DNA from: a virus
Reading direction: 5' to 3' (one strand)
DNA length: 64,000 bases
IMG/VR virus record: IMGVR_UViG_3300044695_006747
Location: 64,001-128,000 of that record
In this document: positions 47,509 through 57,051 of the stretch, one piece after another
How the letters are laid out: each line of letters opens with the position of its first letter
Position numbering within the stretch: position 1 is the stretch's first letter
Program-made: the position numbers and the translations under genes
The notes under the pieces: generated by a model
The model's database searches: none
What the model was told of the DNA's origin: nothing
Seen by the model: the letters and a program-made list of their open reading frames with translations, nothing else

Positions 47509-48203
47509 TATATTTTTTTTGCATAAGTTTTGAGATAGTCTATATTAGGAAATTTTTTTGTACCCAATACTCCGTCAGCAAAACCATATTCTACCGCTTC
47601 GTCGGCGGTTAGAATCCAATCTCTTTTTGTTGCCAATTGTGTTACTATGTGTTTACGAGCCATTAATCGTTTCCAATTTTTGTCTCTACATATCTTACTA
47701 TTCATACACCTATCCGTAAATATATCTATCATCTTCTCGCTCTCTTTTTCACTCCATTGAATCATACTTAAAGCCGCTTTATGTTCGTTGTCAACACTGA
47801 TAGAGCCGTAATGAACTAAAAAATTTACATTTGGCATCAATACTCTGAGACTAGCTCCCTGTAACAAAACAGTACTACTGGACTCAACTTTTGAATATGC
47901 TAAAATTATAGTTCTTGCTTTGGAATGTTTCAGAGTATCGTATATTCCCAAGCAATCCTGCCAGTCTCCTCCTGGCATATGCATATGAATAAGAATTGGT
48001 TCCAATGATAAAGAATTTAAATATCTGAGATTCTTTTCAAAGATTACAGCAGATCTATAGTCCACTCCAGGTTCGTCATCACTATCACAAAAATATGAGT
48101 GTAAATACATTTCTCTATTATCAACATCTATGTTGTAATTATGTAAATTATTCAACCTATATTCTGTATAATTTTTTTCTTCAGTATTGTTGTGTTTGTT
48201 CAT
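47508..48203 (-). CDS. clpP: ClpP-family serine protease
   Basis: PILIHMHMPGGD...IYDTL, VESSS (Ser), FLVHY (His), RDWILTADEAVEYGFADGV (Asp). Confidence 0.85.
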   Translation of the reverse strand: MNKHNNTEEKNYTEYRLNNLHNYNIDVDNREMYLHSYFCDSDDEPGVDYRSAVIFEKNLRYLNSLSLEPILIHMHMPGGDWQDCLGIYDTLKHSKARTIILAYSKVESSSTVLLQGASLRVLMPNVNFLVHYGSISVDNEHKAALSMIQWSEKESEKMIDIFTDRCMNSKICRDKNWKRLMARKHIVTQLATKRDWILTADEAVEYGFADGVLGTKKFPNIDYLKTYAKKI

Positions 48204-48615
48204 GTTGTTTGACGTTATTCTCTATATTTTTCATTACATCTCTATCTTCAAATACCTTGCCTATGCCAATTCTAAATCTATATCTTGTAAAAATATCTAA
48301 AGTTTCCACACCATCTGTTTTTTCGATTATATTCGCTATTTTTTTGGATAGATTAAAATTTGTGTGGCCAATCCAAAAATTAAATATTTTACTGCTCGCT
48401 GTATATTCATTATAAGGAATTAGACCCATAGGAGTAGCTATAACTCTTATGTGTTTTCCTGGTTGCTGTAATTTGTTTACAGATTCTTTATCCTCTGATA
48501 TACTATCGCTATCTTCTTCATCGAAAAAATTGTTTACATCACTATCGACATCTATTTCATTTTCATCGTATCCTAAAAATGGATCTCTCCATTTTTCCCA
48601 TACAATATAATTCAT
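48181..48615 (-). CDS. Hypothetical protein
   Basis: FNFWIGHTNFNL...GVETLDIFTRYRFRIGIGKVF looks like a conserved core. Family not recognised. Confidence 0.6.
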   Translation of the reverse strand: MNYIVWEKWRDPFLGYDENEIDVDSDVNNFFDEEDSDSISEDKESVNKLQQPGKHIRVIATPMGLIPYNEYTASSKIFNFWIGHTNFNLSKKIANIIEKTDGVETLDIFTRYRFRIGIGKVFEDRDVMKNIENNVKQHEQTQQY

Positions 48616-49055
48616 GTTTTTTCTTCCATAACATATGTTTTAAATGCTTTTGATGGTTTAATTAATGGATCATTAGTATAAGATGATATTGTTTTTTTAA
48701 GAGATAAATATTGTTTCAAAAAAAATAGTATATTATCATAAAATAGCAGATGCTGATTAGATATTTGTTTTTGTTCTTCCATATTATGATATAATAAATC
48801 TATCAAATATTTGTTATTATCACAAATTAATGATAAGAAATATGCAATTTTTTCACATTTAGATATACTAGAACTATTAGACAAGATATCCTCAACATCT
48901 GTATTAACTTTACAAAATATCTGTTCTGTTTCTATATTAGCAGATAAAGTTACTGTAACGTCTGTTGGTTCAATATCACTTGATAATTTTGTATCTGAAT
49001 CTATTATTTTTGGTTTTATAAAAATCGATATTAGTTTTTTTATCAAAGCATACAT
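48612..49055 (-). CDS. Hypothetical protein
   Basis: Contiguous ORF with start/stop coupling. Confidence 0.55.
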   Translation of the reverse strand: MYALIKKLISIFIKPKIIDSDTKLSSDIEPTDVTVTLSANIETEQIFCKVNTDVEDILSNSSSISKCEKIAYFLSLICDNNKYLIDLLYHNMEEQKQISNQHLLFYDNILFFLKQYLSLKKTISSYTNDPLIKPSKAFKTYVMEEKT

Positions 49056-49429
49056 ACTAATTTTCTTAGAGTATCATAGTGTGCAACATATGGTTTTATA
49101 TCAATCCAATAACTATTATTTAGTGAAGTATTGTTTGGTATAAAAATACCATAAAATATTGCTGTAATTAATGTGTTCGATTCTTCATCATACGATAGTT
49201 CAATGTTCAATAGTTTTGGTCTAGACCATTCGAAACTTATATTAACAGATTTTTCAAATAATAATTTTAATATACTATCTAAATTTAGATTATGTTTTTT
49301 AGGATTTAATGTGGATATATCTATTTGAGGAAAAGATAATGAATCCTTATCATTAGATACAATATTGATAGTATCATTATTGAGACCAGCAGTATATAGT
49401 ATACCAATAACTATAGTTTTATTATTCAT
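49043..49429 (-). CDS. Hypothetical protein
   Basis: Contiguous ORF with start/stop coupling. Confidence 0.55.
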   Translation of the reverse strand: MNNKTIVIGILYTAGLNNDTINIVSNDKDSLSFPQIDISTLNPKKHNLNLDSILKLLFEKSVNISFEWSRPKLLNIELSYDEESNTLITAIFYGIFIPNNTSLNNSYWIDIKPYVAHYDTLRKLVCML

Positions 49430-50001
49430 TATTGATTAATTGATTCTCTAATAGTATTTAGGGCCTTCTGAATATTTTGTCTAACAGCTTCTCTGGTAAC
49501 AGAAAATTCTCTTCCTATATCTGCGAGTGTTTTGTTGTCGTAGTAATACATTATAAGCTGCTGTCTTTGTTTTTCAGAAATCGGGGCGCTATCTATTAGG
49601 TTCTTCATATCATTGCTTAAAACTTCTCTTGATTCTTCTTCTTCTACAATATCTGCTGGATTTGCTGCTGTGTTTTCTGTATAATGCATAGCATAGTGAT
49701 CATTATATTTAGCTTGTTTTTTATTCTTTTTAAATTTTGATGTAATATATGTTTTAATCGCCCATATAGCACATTGATTTCTGTATGAGTACATACTCTT
49801 ACCTAATCCCGTAGTTTTTCCTTTTCTGTTTTTATCCCAATTCCAATCGGCCATCATAATAGCTCCAGCTATTTCGGCCACAGTTTCATCATTGCTTAAC
49901 ATTTCCTTGGATAAGCCAGGATAAAATTTAGAAGCAAATTTAGATATGGTTTTTTTAGCTATATTGGTATAGTTCTCTAACGTATCAAATTCCGAAATCA
50001 T
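49429..50001 (-). CDS. Small phage sigma70-family factor (regions 2 and 4)
   Basis: Region-4 HTH ISEKQRQQLIMYYYDNKTLADIGREFSVTREAVRQNIQKAL. Region-2-like AIMMADWNWD...SMYSYRNQCAIWAIKTY. Confidence 0.8.
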   Translation of the reverse strand: MISEFDTLENYTNIAKKTISKFASKFYPGLSKEMLSNDETVAEIAGAIMMADWNWDKNRKGKTTGLGKSMYSYRNQCAIWAIKTYITSKFKKNKKQAKYNDHYAMHYTENTAANPADIVEEEESREVLSNDMKNLIDSAPISEKQRQQLIMYYYDNKTLADIGREFSVTREAVRQNIQKALNTIRESINQ

Positions 50002-50037
50002 TATTAAGTCCTCTTGTTAAGTCCTAGAAACAAAAAT

Positions 50038-50919
50038 TTATTTGGTCAATCTTTTCCATTGATCAGAGTCTGGTCTGTCTTTATCTCCTGGTTTGGCTGG
50101 TTTATAGTTTTTGCCCATTTTTTCTCTTTTTTTGCGAATATTCTCCCATAGGCCCGGACGATTCTCTGCTGCTTCTGTATCGGTTTCCGATGGTCCGAAC
50201 ATTACAAAATTATGAATTGTGATCATATAGTCTTCTGTCACAGCGATTTTACCTTGTAACCAGCTTTCTGTCAAGTTTTCTTTTACGGAAGGTTGTTCTA
50301 GAGCATTTATTATATTTTGAGCGTGTGTCATGATGGATTTGATAGATCCAACACTCATCTCAAAGAAATCATTTTTGTACTCCATCATCTCTTGTTCAAC
50401 AGACTCTTTTTCCATCTTATCTACTTGTGTAAAGTCTTGTCCTTTGGATTTTTTAATTTCCATTAGTTTTTGTTTGAGAATCTCTAATTCTATTTCTTTT
50501 TCTAATTTTTCTATCTCCATTTCCATTGGATCGTCTTCTTCTTCAGTATCATCTTCGCTTTCATCTTCATAATCGTAATCGTTCATAGTATCAACCATTT
50601 CACAAGCCTGACCTGTTTTAACTCCTAATTTTTCTTTTGTTGCTTCTGGTAAAGCGGCAACAAATTCTGGTCCTTTACGTTTAGCCATGTTATATAATTT
50701 CTTTAGAAAAGTATCATAACTCATCTTACCTTTCATACGACCAAAATTACTAATAGCGTCAGGTATATCCTGTGGAGATACTATTGGAAAAGATCTTGTT
50801 TCAGGAAATAGGAAATCGCTGTCTTTTAGTTCGCTACGCTTTTGGCCTTTATAGGTTTTTTGAGCCGCACTGGCAAGAGTTTCATTTACGGAATTAAGAA
50901 TATCATTATATCTTGTCAT
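50038..50919 (-). CDS. Modular hypothetical protein (DUF6582-like N-terminus, acidic/coiled-coil middle, basic C-terminal microdomain)
   Basis: RSELKDSDFLFPETRSFPI; DEMNDY/DESEDD acidic run; RPGLWENIRKKR...KPGDKDRP. Confidence 0.55.
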   Translation of the reverse strand: MTRYNDILNSVNETLASAAQKTYKGQKRSELKDSDFLFPETRSFPIVSPQDIPDAISNFGRMKGKMSYDTFLKKLYNMAKRKGPEFVAALPEATKEKLGVKTGQACEMVDTMNDYDYEDESEDDTEEEDDPMEMEIEKLEKEIELEILKQKLMEIKKSKGQDFTQVDKMEKESVEQEMMEYKNDFFEMSVGSIKSIMTHAQNIINALEQPSVKENLTESWLQGKIAVTEDYMITIHNFVMFGPSETDTEAAENRPGLWENIRKKREKMGKNYKPAKPGDKDRPDSDQWKRLTK

Positions 50920-50963
50920 TGTGATACCTTTCTGCTTTGTAATTTAGCGAATAATTATTATAT

Positions 50964-51503
50964 TTAAACTTGTAAAGTTAAGAAATTATCAACGCCCATT
51001 TGTTCTATCAATTTTAGATAGCTCTCATATAAAGCTATACCATCTTCGCTTCCTTGCAAGAGTGGTATCATAATATTTGCAGTAATTTCATCTCCAATAG
51101 ATCTAGCAGCAACAATTGTTTCTCTCTCTACTTTAGAAGCTTTACGAACACTATCCAAATTATATTGGATTAGGGCTACCATATCATGTCTAGTCCATAC
51201 TGGTTGATTTATAGATAGTGGTTGATAATTAACATCAAAAAACTCTAGTCTCTTTACATTTTCTGCGGCGTGTTGGTGTTCTTGTTCCGCATCTTGTTTT
51301 ATAATATTAGCAAGTTTTTTATATCCCCATCTTTCTAGATGCACGGCCTGTGCTGTTAATGCTGTACATTGTTCCCAATGAATATTTAATGATTGTTTTA
51401 ACAGATCAATGACTGTTGAGGAACTATATCCTTCTACTGTTTGGGCCTGTGAGGAATTTTCTTGTTGAGATAAAAGTTCCTGAATAGTTTTTTCATCGCT
51501 CAT
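50964..51503 (-). CDS. bfr: Bacterioferritin-like protein with a degenerate ferroxidase centre
   Basis: VIDLLKQSL...ERWGYKKLA...EQEHQHA...RLEFFD and the C-terminal LIEQMGVDNFL align colinearly with Bfr. Confidence 0.8.
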   Translation of the reverse strand: MSDEKTIQELLSQQENSSQAQTVEGYSSSTVIDLLKQSLNIHWEQCTALTAQAVHLERWGYKKLANIIKQDAEQEHQHAAENVKRLEFFDVNYQPLSINQPVWTRHDMVALIQYNLDSVRKASKVERETIVAARSIGDEITANIMIPLLQGSEDGIALYESYLKLIEQMGVDNFLTLQV

Positions 51504-51516
51504 TATTATTCCTTTA

Positions 51517-52056
51517 TTAAACTAGGTCTGAAACGTTGGGATTTGACCAAAACTTGCAACTCCAATATCGAGCCTTCCATTTTGGACCGGCATTATCGCA
51601 ATTGTGTCTTGCTCGAAAATTTTTACGCCTATCTGGATCGTCTCTTTTGATTTCCATATTTGGATCACCAAAATTAACTTTTACCACATTTCCTTTTTCA
51701 TTTTTAACATAAACACTAAACTTTTTAGGACCGCTTGGAGTTCTAAATGGTTTATTTAACTTAACTTTTTTATTTGATTTTTCTGCTGATATGACTTTAT
51801 CATCTTCATCGTATATTTCAGCGCATTCGGACTCCCATACAAATTCATTCCATTCGTCATCCCATTCACAATTACTAGCTAATAGATTATCACAAACATC
51901 TTCTAATAACGATGACTTGCTTTTTTTAGTTTGTCCTAAGCAAATAGCAATTCTCTGTTGAACATTGGGATAATCCTTTTTCATTGTTTCGTTGCCCATG
52001 CAGCGACCAACAAATTTTTGTTTATCCTCATTCGGTTTTGGTGATGGTATTGGCAT
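51517..52056 (-). CDS. Two-module conserved phage protein
   Basis: N-terminal MPIPSPKPNEDKQKFVGRCM...QRIAIC module. C-terminal KLNKPFRTPSGPKKFSVYVK...VNFGDP...RKNFRARHNC...RYWSC module, a motif I recall from many phage genomes. Confidence 0.65.
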   Translation of the reverse strand: MPIPSPKPNEDKQKFVGRCMGNETMKKDYPNVQQRIAICLGQTKKSKSSLLEDVCDNLLASNCEWDDEWNEFVWESECAEIYDEDDKVISAEKSNKKVKLNKPFRTPSGPKKFSVYVKNEKGNVVKVNFGDPNMEIKRDDPDRRKNFRARHNCDNAGPKWKARYWSCKFWSNPNVSDLV

Positions 52057-52069
52057 ATAGTATCTCCTG

Positions 52070-52088
52070 TTATACTATGATATACACT
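52070..52088 (-). promoter_or_regulatory. Putative promoter motif AGTGTATATCATAGTATAA
   Basis: It straddles the end of the GT4 gene, immediately before the CAGGAGA RBS of the 179-aa gene. Confidence 0.4.
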
Positions 52089-53166
52089 GAATTAATTGTT
52101 TGGCCGCATGTTGCCAAGAATATTTTTGACCAGTTTTTACTCCATTTATATTAGTTCTAATATTATTTTTATATACATATCTCATATATTCTATTGTTTG
52201 ATCTATTTGTGTCTGGCCAATTTTAGCCCAATTACCGTTACCCAAGAACCATTTTCCATCAAACGCCGTTTCTGTATCAGTAATATCAATTAAAAATGCG
52301 TTATCTTTATCGCAAAATTCTGTATGTGCAGAGTAGTTTGTGGTGATAACCGGTTTATTCATTGACATGACTTCTAATAATTCTAGATTCCATCCTTCTG
52401 CTCGTGAAACAAATAGTCCGCAATCTGCTCGTGATATTAAATTAGCAACATCATTTTGAGTTTTAACCCTAGGAATAATTCTTATTTTTGATGCTAATGG
52501 TCCAGACGAATAAAAACTATGCCATTCGTCCATTTCTTTTTGAGAAAAACACGTTGGATCCGACGAGCCCATTAACCACAATTCGACATTATCATTGACA
52601 GAAAATGCTGAATTAAATAAATTCAATAAAATATCATATCCTTTTCTTACTTCCCATTTTCCTATCATGATAAAAACATAGGGGTCGTCGTCCTTTTTTG
52701 CGTTTTTATCTGATAATGTGTGATCAAAAATAGTACTATCTATACCTAAATGTACAATATTAATATTTTGAGTCATCCCATTATCTATTAATACATTTTT
52801 AGCCCATTGTGATGATACGATAAGTTCATCTGGAACTTTTAAATGTTTCTTCTCTAGATCATTAAACCTGTCTAACTCAAAAAATGGAAAACCAAAATAC
52901 TTACCAGTACCTACTCTTAGTTCCAAATCAAATTGATGCCATATCTTTACGCATGGGGATTTTGGGTCATACTCATTATTTATAATACTACCAAGCAACT
53001 CATCATCTTCTTGAGTATCTAGAGGAGGAATATATCCTGGTTGCACAGTAATCGGATGAACGTGAATATCGCAGCCGAGATGTTTAGCGTTTTTAGCTAA
53101 GTTCCATCCCACAACTCCATATCCCGTATAGCCCATAGGGCTCATTAAAATCATTTTATTGTTCAT
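52075..53166 (-). CDS. Glycosyltransferase family 4
   Basis: GYTGYG, GKWEVRKGYD, ADCGLFVSRAEGWNLELLEVMSMNKPVITTNYSAHTEF. Confidence 0.88.
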   Translation of the reverse strand: MNNKMILMSPMGYTGYGVVGWNLAKNAKHLGCDIHVHPITVQPGYIPPLDTQEDDELLGSIINNEYDPKSPCVKIWHQFDLELRVGTGKYFGFPFFELDRFNDLEKKHLKVPDELIVSSQWAKNVLIDNGMTQNINIVHLGIDSTIFDHTLSDKNAKKDDDPYVFIMIGKWEVRKGYDILLNLFNSAFSVNDNVELWLMGSSDPTCFSQKEMDEWHSFYSSGPLASKIRIIPRVKTQNDVANLISRADCGLFVSRAEGWNLELLEVMSMNKPVITTNYSAHTEFCDKDNAFLIDITDTETAFDGKWFLGNGNWAKIGQTQIDQTIEYMRYVYKNNIRTNINGVKTGQKYSWQHAAKQLIQCIS

Positions 53167-54266
53167 TTTTCATATACTCTGTTGTGTGTGTTATTTACTT
53201 GAATGAATGTTGTTTTTTTGCCAAAGTCTTTAATTTTTGTAGCTCCAATATATGTACATGCGCTTCTTAATCCTCCATAAATATCTTGAAGAATTTCGAC
53301 AGCTTTACCTTTATACGGAACGGTGACACATTTTCCTTCTGCTGTTCTGTATGTCGCCACCCCATCATGATGCTTGTCCATAGCATTTTTGCTACTCATG
53401 CCATAGTATTGTAATGATACTTTGCGTTTTTCAACATCAGGAGATTTTGGATCGAAAGGTTGCCATCCTCCGCTTCTCATTTTCCATTCATATTTCCATT
53501 CTCCTTCACATTCATCAGCACCAGCAAACATACTGCCAAGCATTACAAAATCACTATTACCACCAAAAGCTTTGCAAATATCTCCAACTACTTTGCACCC
53601 ACCATCAGAACAAATATGACCACCAAGACCATGAGCAGCGTCAGCACATTCCATTATGGCGCTCAGTTGTGGGTATCCTACGCCAGTTTTTAAACGAGTG
53701 GTACAAACACTACCCGACCCTATACCAACCTTGACTATATCAACTTTTCCATGAATGATTAGTTCTTCTGTCATCTCTGGAGTAACCACATTTCCGGCCA
53801 TTAAAATAATTTCAGGAAATAATTTACGAATATGAGCAGCAGTTTTTACAAATTGTTCTGTATATCCATTTGCAACATCAAGACAAATATTTGGAAAATA
53901 CCCATTACTACTTTTTATAGTGTTAAAAACTCTCTCCAGTTTTTCTATATCTTTTTTAGATGTTCCAGTAGAATACCATATGAGTTCTGTTGGTTCAATA
54001 AATAAATTTACTAAAACATCTTCATCATAATGTTTATGTAAACAGGTAATTGAGCCAAGAGGAGATAATGATCTACCCATAGAAGATGTTCCAACCGTGT
54101 CCATATTGGCAACCATGATAGGAACACAACTAAGTTCTCTAGGACTGTGAGCAAATCTAAAACTTCGTGCTAAATCAACTTCTGATCTACTTTTTAGTGT
54201 TGATCTTTTTGGACGAATAAGAACATCATCAAAATCTAGTTTAGTTTCATTAATTATTTTTTGCAT
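53163..54266 (-). CDS. guaC: GMP reductase
   Basis: [72 protein letters not shown]. Confidence 0.95.
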   Translation of the reverse strand: MQKIINETKLDFDDVLIRPKRSTLKSRSEVDLARSFRFAHSPRELSCVPIMVANMDTVGTSSMGRSLSPLGSITCLHKHYDEDVLVNLFIEPTELIWYSTGTSKKDIEKLERVFNTIKSSNGYFPNICLDVANGYTEQFVKTAAHIRKLFPEIILMAGNVVTPEMTEELIIHGKVDIVKVGIGSGSVCTTRLKTGVGYPQLSAIMECADAAHGLGGHICSDGGCKVVGDICKAFGGNSDFVMLGSMFAGADECEGEWKYEWKMRSGGWQPFDPKSPDVEKRKVSLQYYGMSSKNAMDKHHDGVATYRTAEGKCVTVPYKGKAVEILQDIYGGLRSACTYIGATKIKDFGKKTTFIQVNNTHNRVYEK

Positions 54267-54267
54267 A

Positions 54268-55173
54268 TTATTTTCTTAATAAGTTATAGTTTTTTATAAA
54301 ATATTCTATTGTAGAATTTAATCCATCCTCTATTGAGGTAAAATTGAAATCTGGAAATAATTTATTTATTGTTGTATCATGACTTGATCTAATCATCATA
54401 CCTTCTGGTTTGGATTTGTCAAAAACAATATTACCATGAAAACCCATAATTTTTGCTATATTAGTAACGATTTCTTCTATAGAATAACAAATGCCTGTGG
54501 ATATGATTATTTGTTCCGGAATTTCATTATCGAGCATTATTTTTAAAAGATCAGCAACGTCCTGAGCAAAAACAAATTCTCTTTGTGCTTTTCCAGAACC
54601 CCACACCTCCAGATTTGTATTATTTAATTTTGCTAAATAGGTTTTATGAATTAATCCCGGTATCACATGGCTATCATTTAGATTATAATTATCATTTAAT
54701 CCATACATATTGCTTGGAATAATGCACGATGTCTTTATGTTGAATTGTGTTTTTAAGCATTTCGATCCTATACTTAGTATCCTTTTTCCGTGAGCATATC
54801 CATAATTGGATGGGTGTGGTTCTCCTTGTAGAAGATATTCATTTATTAGTGGATTATTTGCATCTTTGGGAAAGATACATCCAGATAGCATAAATATAGA
54901 ATTATTGAGACTATATTTTTGACATGCTTTTAAAATATTAAGATTAATTTGTAAATTATCTATTAAAAAATCATATGGGTACTGCGAATTAGCACTTACC
55001 CCACCCACTTTTGCTGCTAAATGCACAAGTTTTGATACGTTATTATTTTCTATAAAATGACATAGTTGATCAAAATTATAAAGATCGAGTTGAGATCTTG
55101 TTGGTTTTATTCCAAAATCTATACAATGACCCAACAATCCATTTCCACCAGTAACAAGTATATTACTGCTCAT
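54268..55173 (-). CDS. fcl: GDP-L-fucose synthase family reductase/epimerase (Fcl/WcaG/ColC-like)
   Basis: ILVTGGNGLLG, HLAAKVGG, SGCIFPK, YAHGK, PSNMYG.NDNY...SHVIPGLI, VWGSGKAQREF, KPEGM. Confidence 0.9.
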   Translation of the reverse strand: MSSNILVTGGNGLLGHCIDFGIKPTRSQLDLYNFDQLCHFIENNNVSKLVHLAAKVGGVSANSQYPYDFLIDNLQINLNILKACQKYSLNNSIFMLSGCIFPKDANNPLINEYLLQGEPHPSNYGYAHGKRILSIGSKCLKTQFNIKTSCIIPSNMYGLNDNYNLNDSHVIPGLIHKTYLAKLNNTNLEVWGSGKAQREFVFAQDVADLLKIMLDNEIPEQIIISTGICYSIEEIVTNIAKIMGFHGNIVFDKSKPEGMMIRSSHDTTINKLFPDFNFTSIEDGLNSTIEYFIKNYNLLRK

Positions 55174-56024
55174 ACAAACTCCAGATTTTCATTCATTAGT
55201 CCCCAAAAATTATCATTAGCATTAAAAAATTGTGGCATTATTCCATATGGATTCATTATTGATCTATAGTCTTTTCCAGCATCATGATGATCTAGATGAA
55301 AAAATATTATTTGATTGTCCTCAAGATCTCCTCCAAATTTATATTTTTGTGATAATCTAATATGTAATTCTATATCCTGCCATCCCCAGTATGGCAGTTC
55401 TTCCCACCAACAGGTGCTATCCTGACCTATTTTTCTAGACATTAAAAGAGACATGGCTCTACCGTCAAAATTTGTAATATTAATTTTATCATGACGAAAT
55501 GATGATAAATTACTATTAGAAATAAATTGATCTGTATCTAAAAAAGATTGAGCATCGTTATAAGATGGTCTGGGTAGGTGGTATCTTGATCCCCAAAAAA
55601 ATGTATCGTGATTATTTTGTATAGATAAATTTTGAGTAAAATCTACTAGCCTAGCAAAATTTTCGTAGGTTATGAAACAATCAGAGTCCCAAAAAATAAC
55701 ATATTCACCAGAACTTCTTTGAAATGAAACATTATAGGCATGGGCTATAGAATAGTCTGACTGTTTGCTATATTTTTTTCCAATATTCTGTGGAACATAA
55801 ACACATTTAAAATTTGTATGTCTATTTTCTAGAATAGAATCAACTATTTTAGTATCGCTACCCCAGTCACATAATATAACTTCAATTTTAGGATTATTTA
55901 ATCTGTGTAAATTATCGCAAAGTTTATTTAGACTTATTTTTAATCTTTGATCAACTCCACCTCGCCCATTAACATCACATCCATACTTATCATTTTTGCC
56001 TTGTAATAAAATAGATAATAACAT
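55170..56024 (-). CDS. GT-A (family 2-like) glycosyltransferase
   Basis: IEVILCDWGS, AYNVSF...GEYVIFWDSD (DxD), WGWQDIEL. Confidence 0.75.
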   Translation of the reverse strand: MLLSILLQGKNDKYGCDVNGRGGVDQRLKISLNKLCDNLHRLNNPKIEVILCDWGSDTKIVDSILENRHTNFKCVYVPQNIGKKYSKQSDYSIAHAYNVSFQRSSGEYVIFWDSDCFITYENFARLVDFTQNLSIQNNHDTFFWGSRYHLPRPSYNDAQSFLDTDQFISNSNLSSFRHDKINITNFDGRAMSLLMSRKIGQDSTCWWEELPYWGWQDIELHIRLSQKYKFGGDLEDNQIIFFHLDHHDAGKDYRSIMNPYGIMPQFFNANDNFWGLMNENLEFV

Positions 56025-56025
56025 A

Positions 56026-57051
56026 TCATTGTGTCCTTAAAAATTCATACCATTTTAATGTTGATAAAATACCATTTTCTGTATTTATAAAATTTTTAGT
56101 GCCAAACTCTTTTTCATATTTCTCTATACTAATACTAACTTTATTTGGGTTTCCAACCATAGTATTATTTTTATCTCCATACGAGATTGTACTATTTGTA
56201 TGTTTGGCGATAGTTTCTGCTATTTCTTTTATAGACGTTTGTTTTTTGCCCGTAAGATTATATACAGTCGAGGATCCTTTGCAGATAATATCTAAAATCA
56301 TTTGAACCATATCGCTAATATAGCATAGTGTTCTGGTTGCGGATCCATCGTCGATAAGATTTATTTGATTTGATTCTAGAGCTTTGTTAATTAGATCATT
56401 AATTACTCTAGAATCATTTAATTTGCATCCAGGTCCATAGGTTGTGCTGATTCTTCCTATTTTTATATTTGCTAAATTGGACATACTTAAGCATATTGTT
56501 TCGCCACATCTTTTTGATTCTATATAGCATGATCTAGGGTGGTCTGTTGATGTTGTACCTATGTCTTGTTCCGATATTGCTTCTTTATTCAATCCGCTAT
56601 ATATCTCGCTGCTACTGCAATAAAAGAACGTGCCACCTTTATTTAGAAGTCTAAAAAGATTCATTGTGACAGAAGTATTAAGTTTTATAGTTGATAATTT
56701 ATTATCTAAAAACTTATTGGGTTGAGCATATCCAGCTGAGTGAATAATAATGTCCGCCCCATTCAGATTTTCTGCAAAATAATTTTCTATAAAATTTATT
56801 AGAGGATCCTCTGTTAAATCTCCAACTATTGTTGTAGAACTTTCAAAAAGATATTTAAGATAATCCGGAACACTGCTATTTATGCAACATATAGTGTTGA
56901 TAGCGTATGTTTTTTTAAGTTGATTTAATAGTGCTAACAAATTAAGTCCAATTAGACCAGAAGCTCCTGTTATGAGTATGGTTTTATTATTGAGGAATTG
57001 ATATTTTGTAATATCTATATTTTCGTAGGATTCTGATATTAATTTATGCAT
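56026..57051 (-). CDS. NAD-dependent nucleotide-sugar epimerase/dehydratase (UDP-glucuronate decarboxylase-like extended SDR)
   Basis: ILITGASGLIG, HSAGYAQP, SSSEIYSG, YIESK (YxxxK), RISTTYGPG. Confidence 0.85.
   Translation of the reverse strand: MHKLISESYENIDITKYQFLNNKTILITGASGLIGLNLLALLNQLKKTYAINTICCINSSVPDYLKYLFESSTTIVGDLTEDPLINFIENYFAENLNGADIIIHSAGYAQPNKFLDNKLSTIKLNTSVTMNLFRLLNKGGTFFYCSSSEIYSGLNKEAISEQDIGTTSTDHPRSCYIESKRCGETICLSMSNLANIKIGRISTTYGPGCKLNDSRVINDLINKALESNQINLIDDGSATRTLCYISDMVQMILDIICKGSSTVYNLTGKKQTSIKEIAETIAKHTNSTISYGDKNNTMVGNPNKVSISIEKYEKEFGTKNFINTENGILSTLKWYEFLRTQ

Noticed and set aside
50001-50049. AGGACTTAA direct repeat and a TTGACC hexamer upstream of the sigma gene
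   Set aside because: One copy is simply the RBS, and no acceptable -10 lies 16-18 nt from the TTGACC. Too weak to call an operator or promoter.
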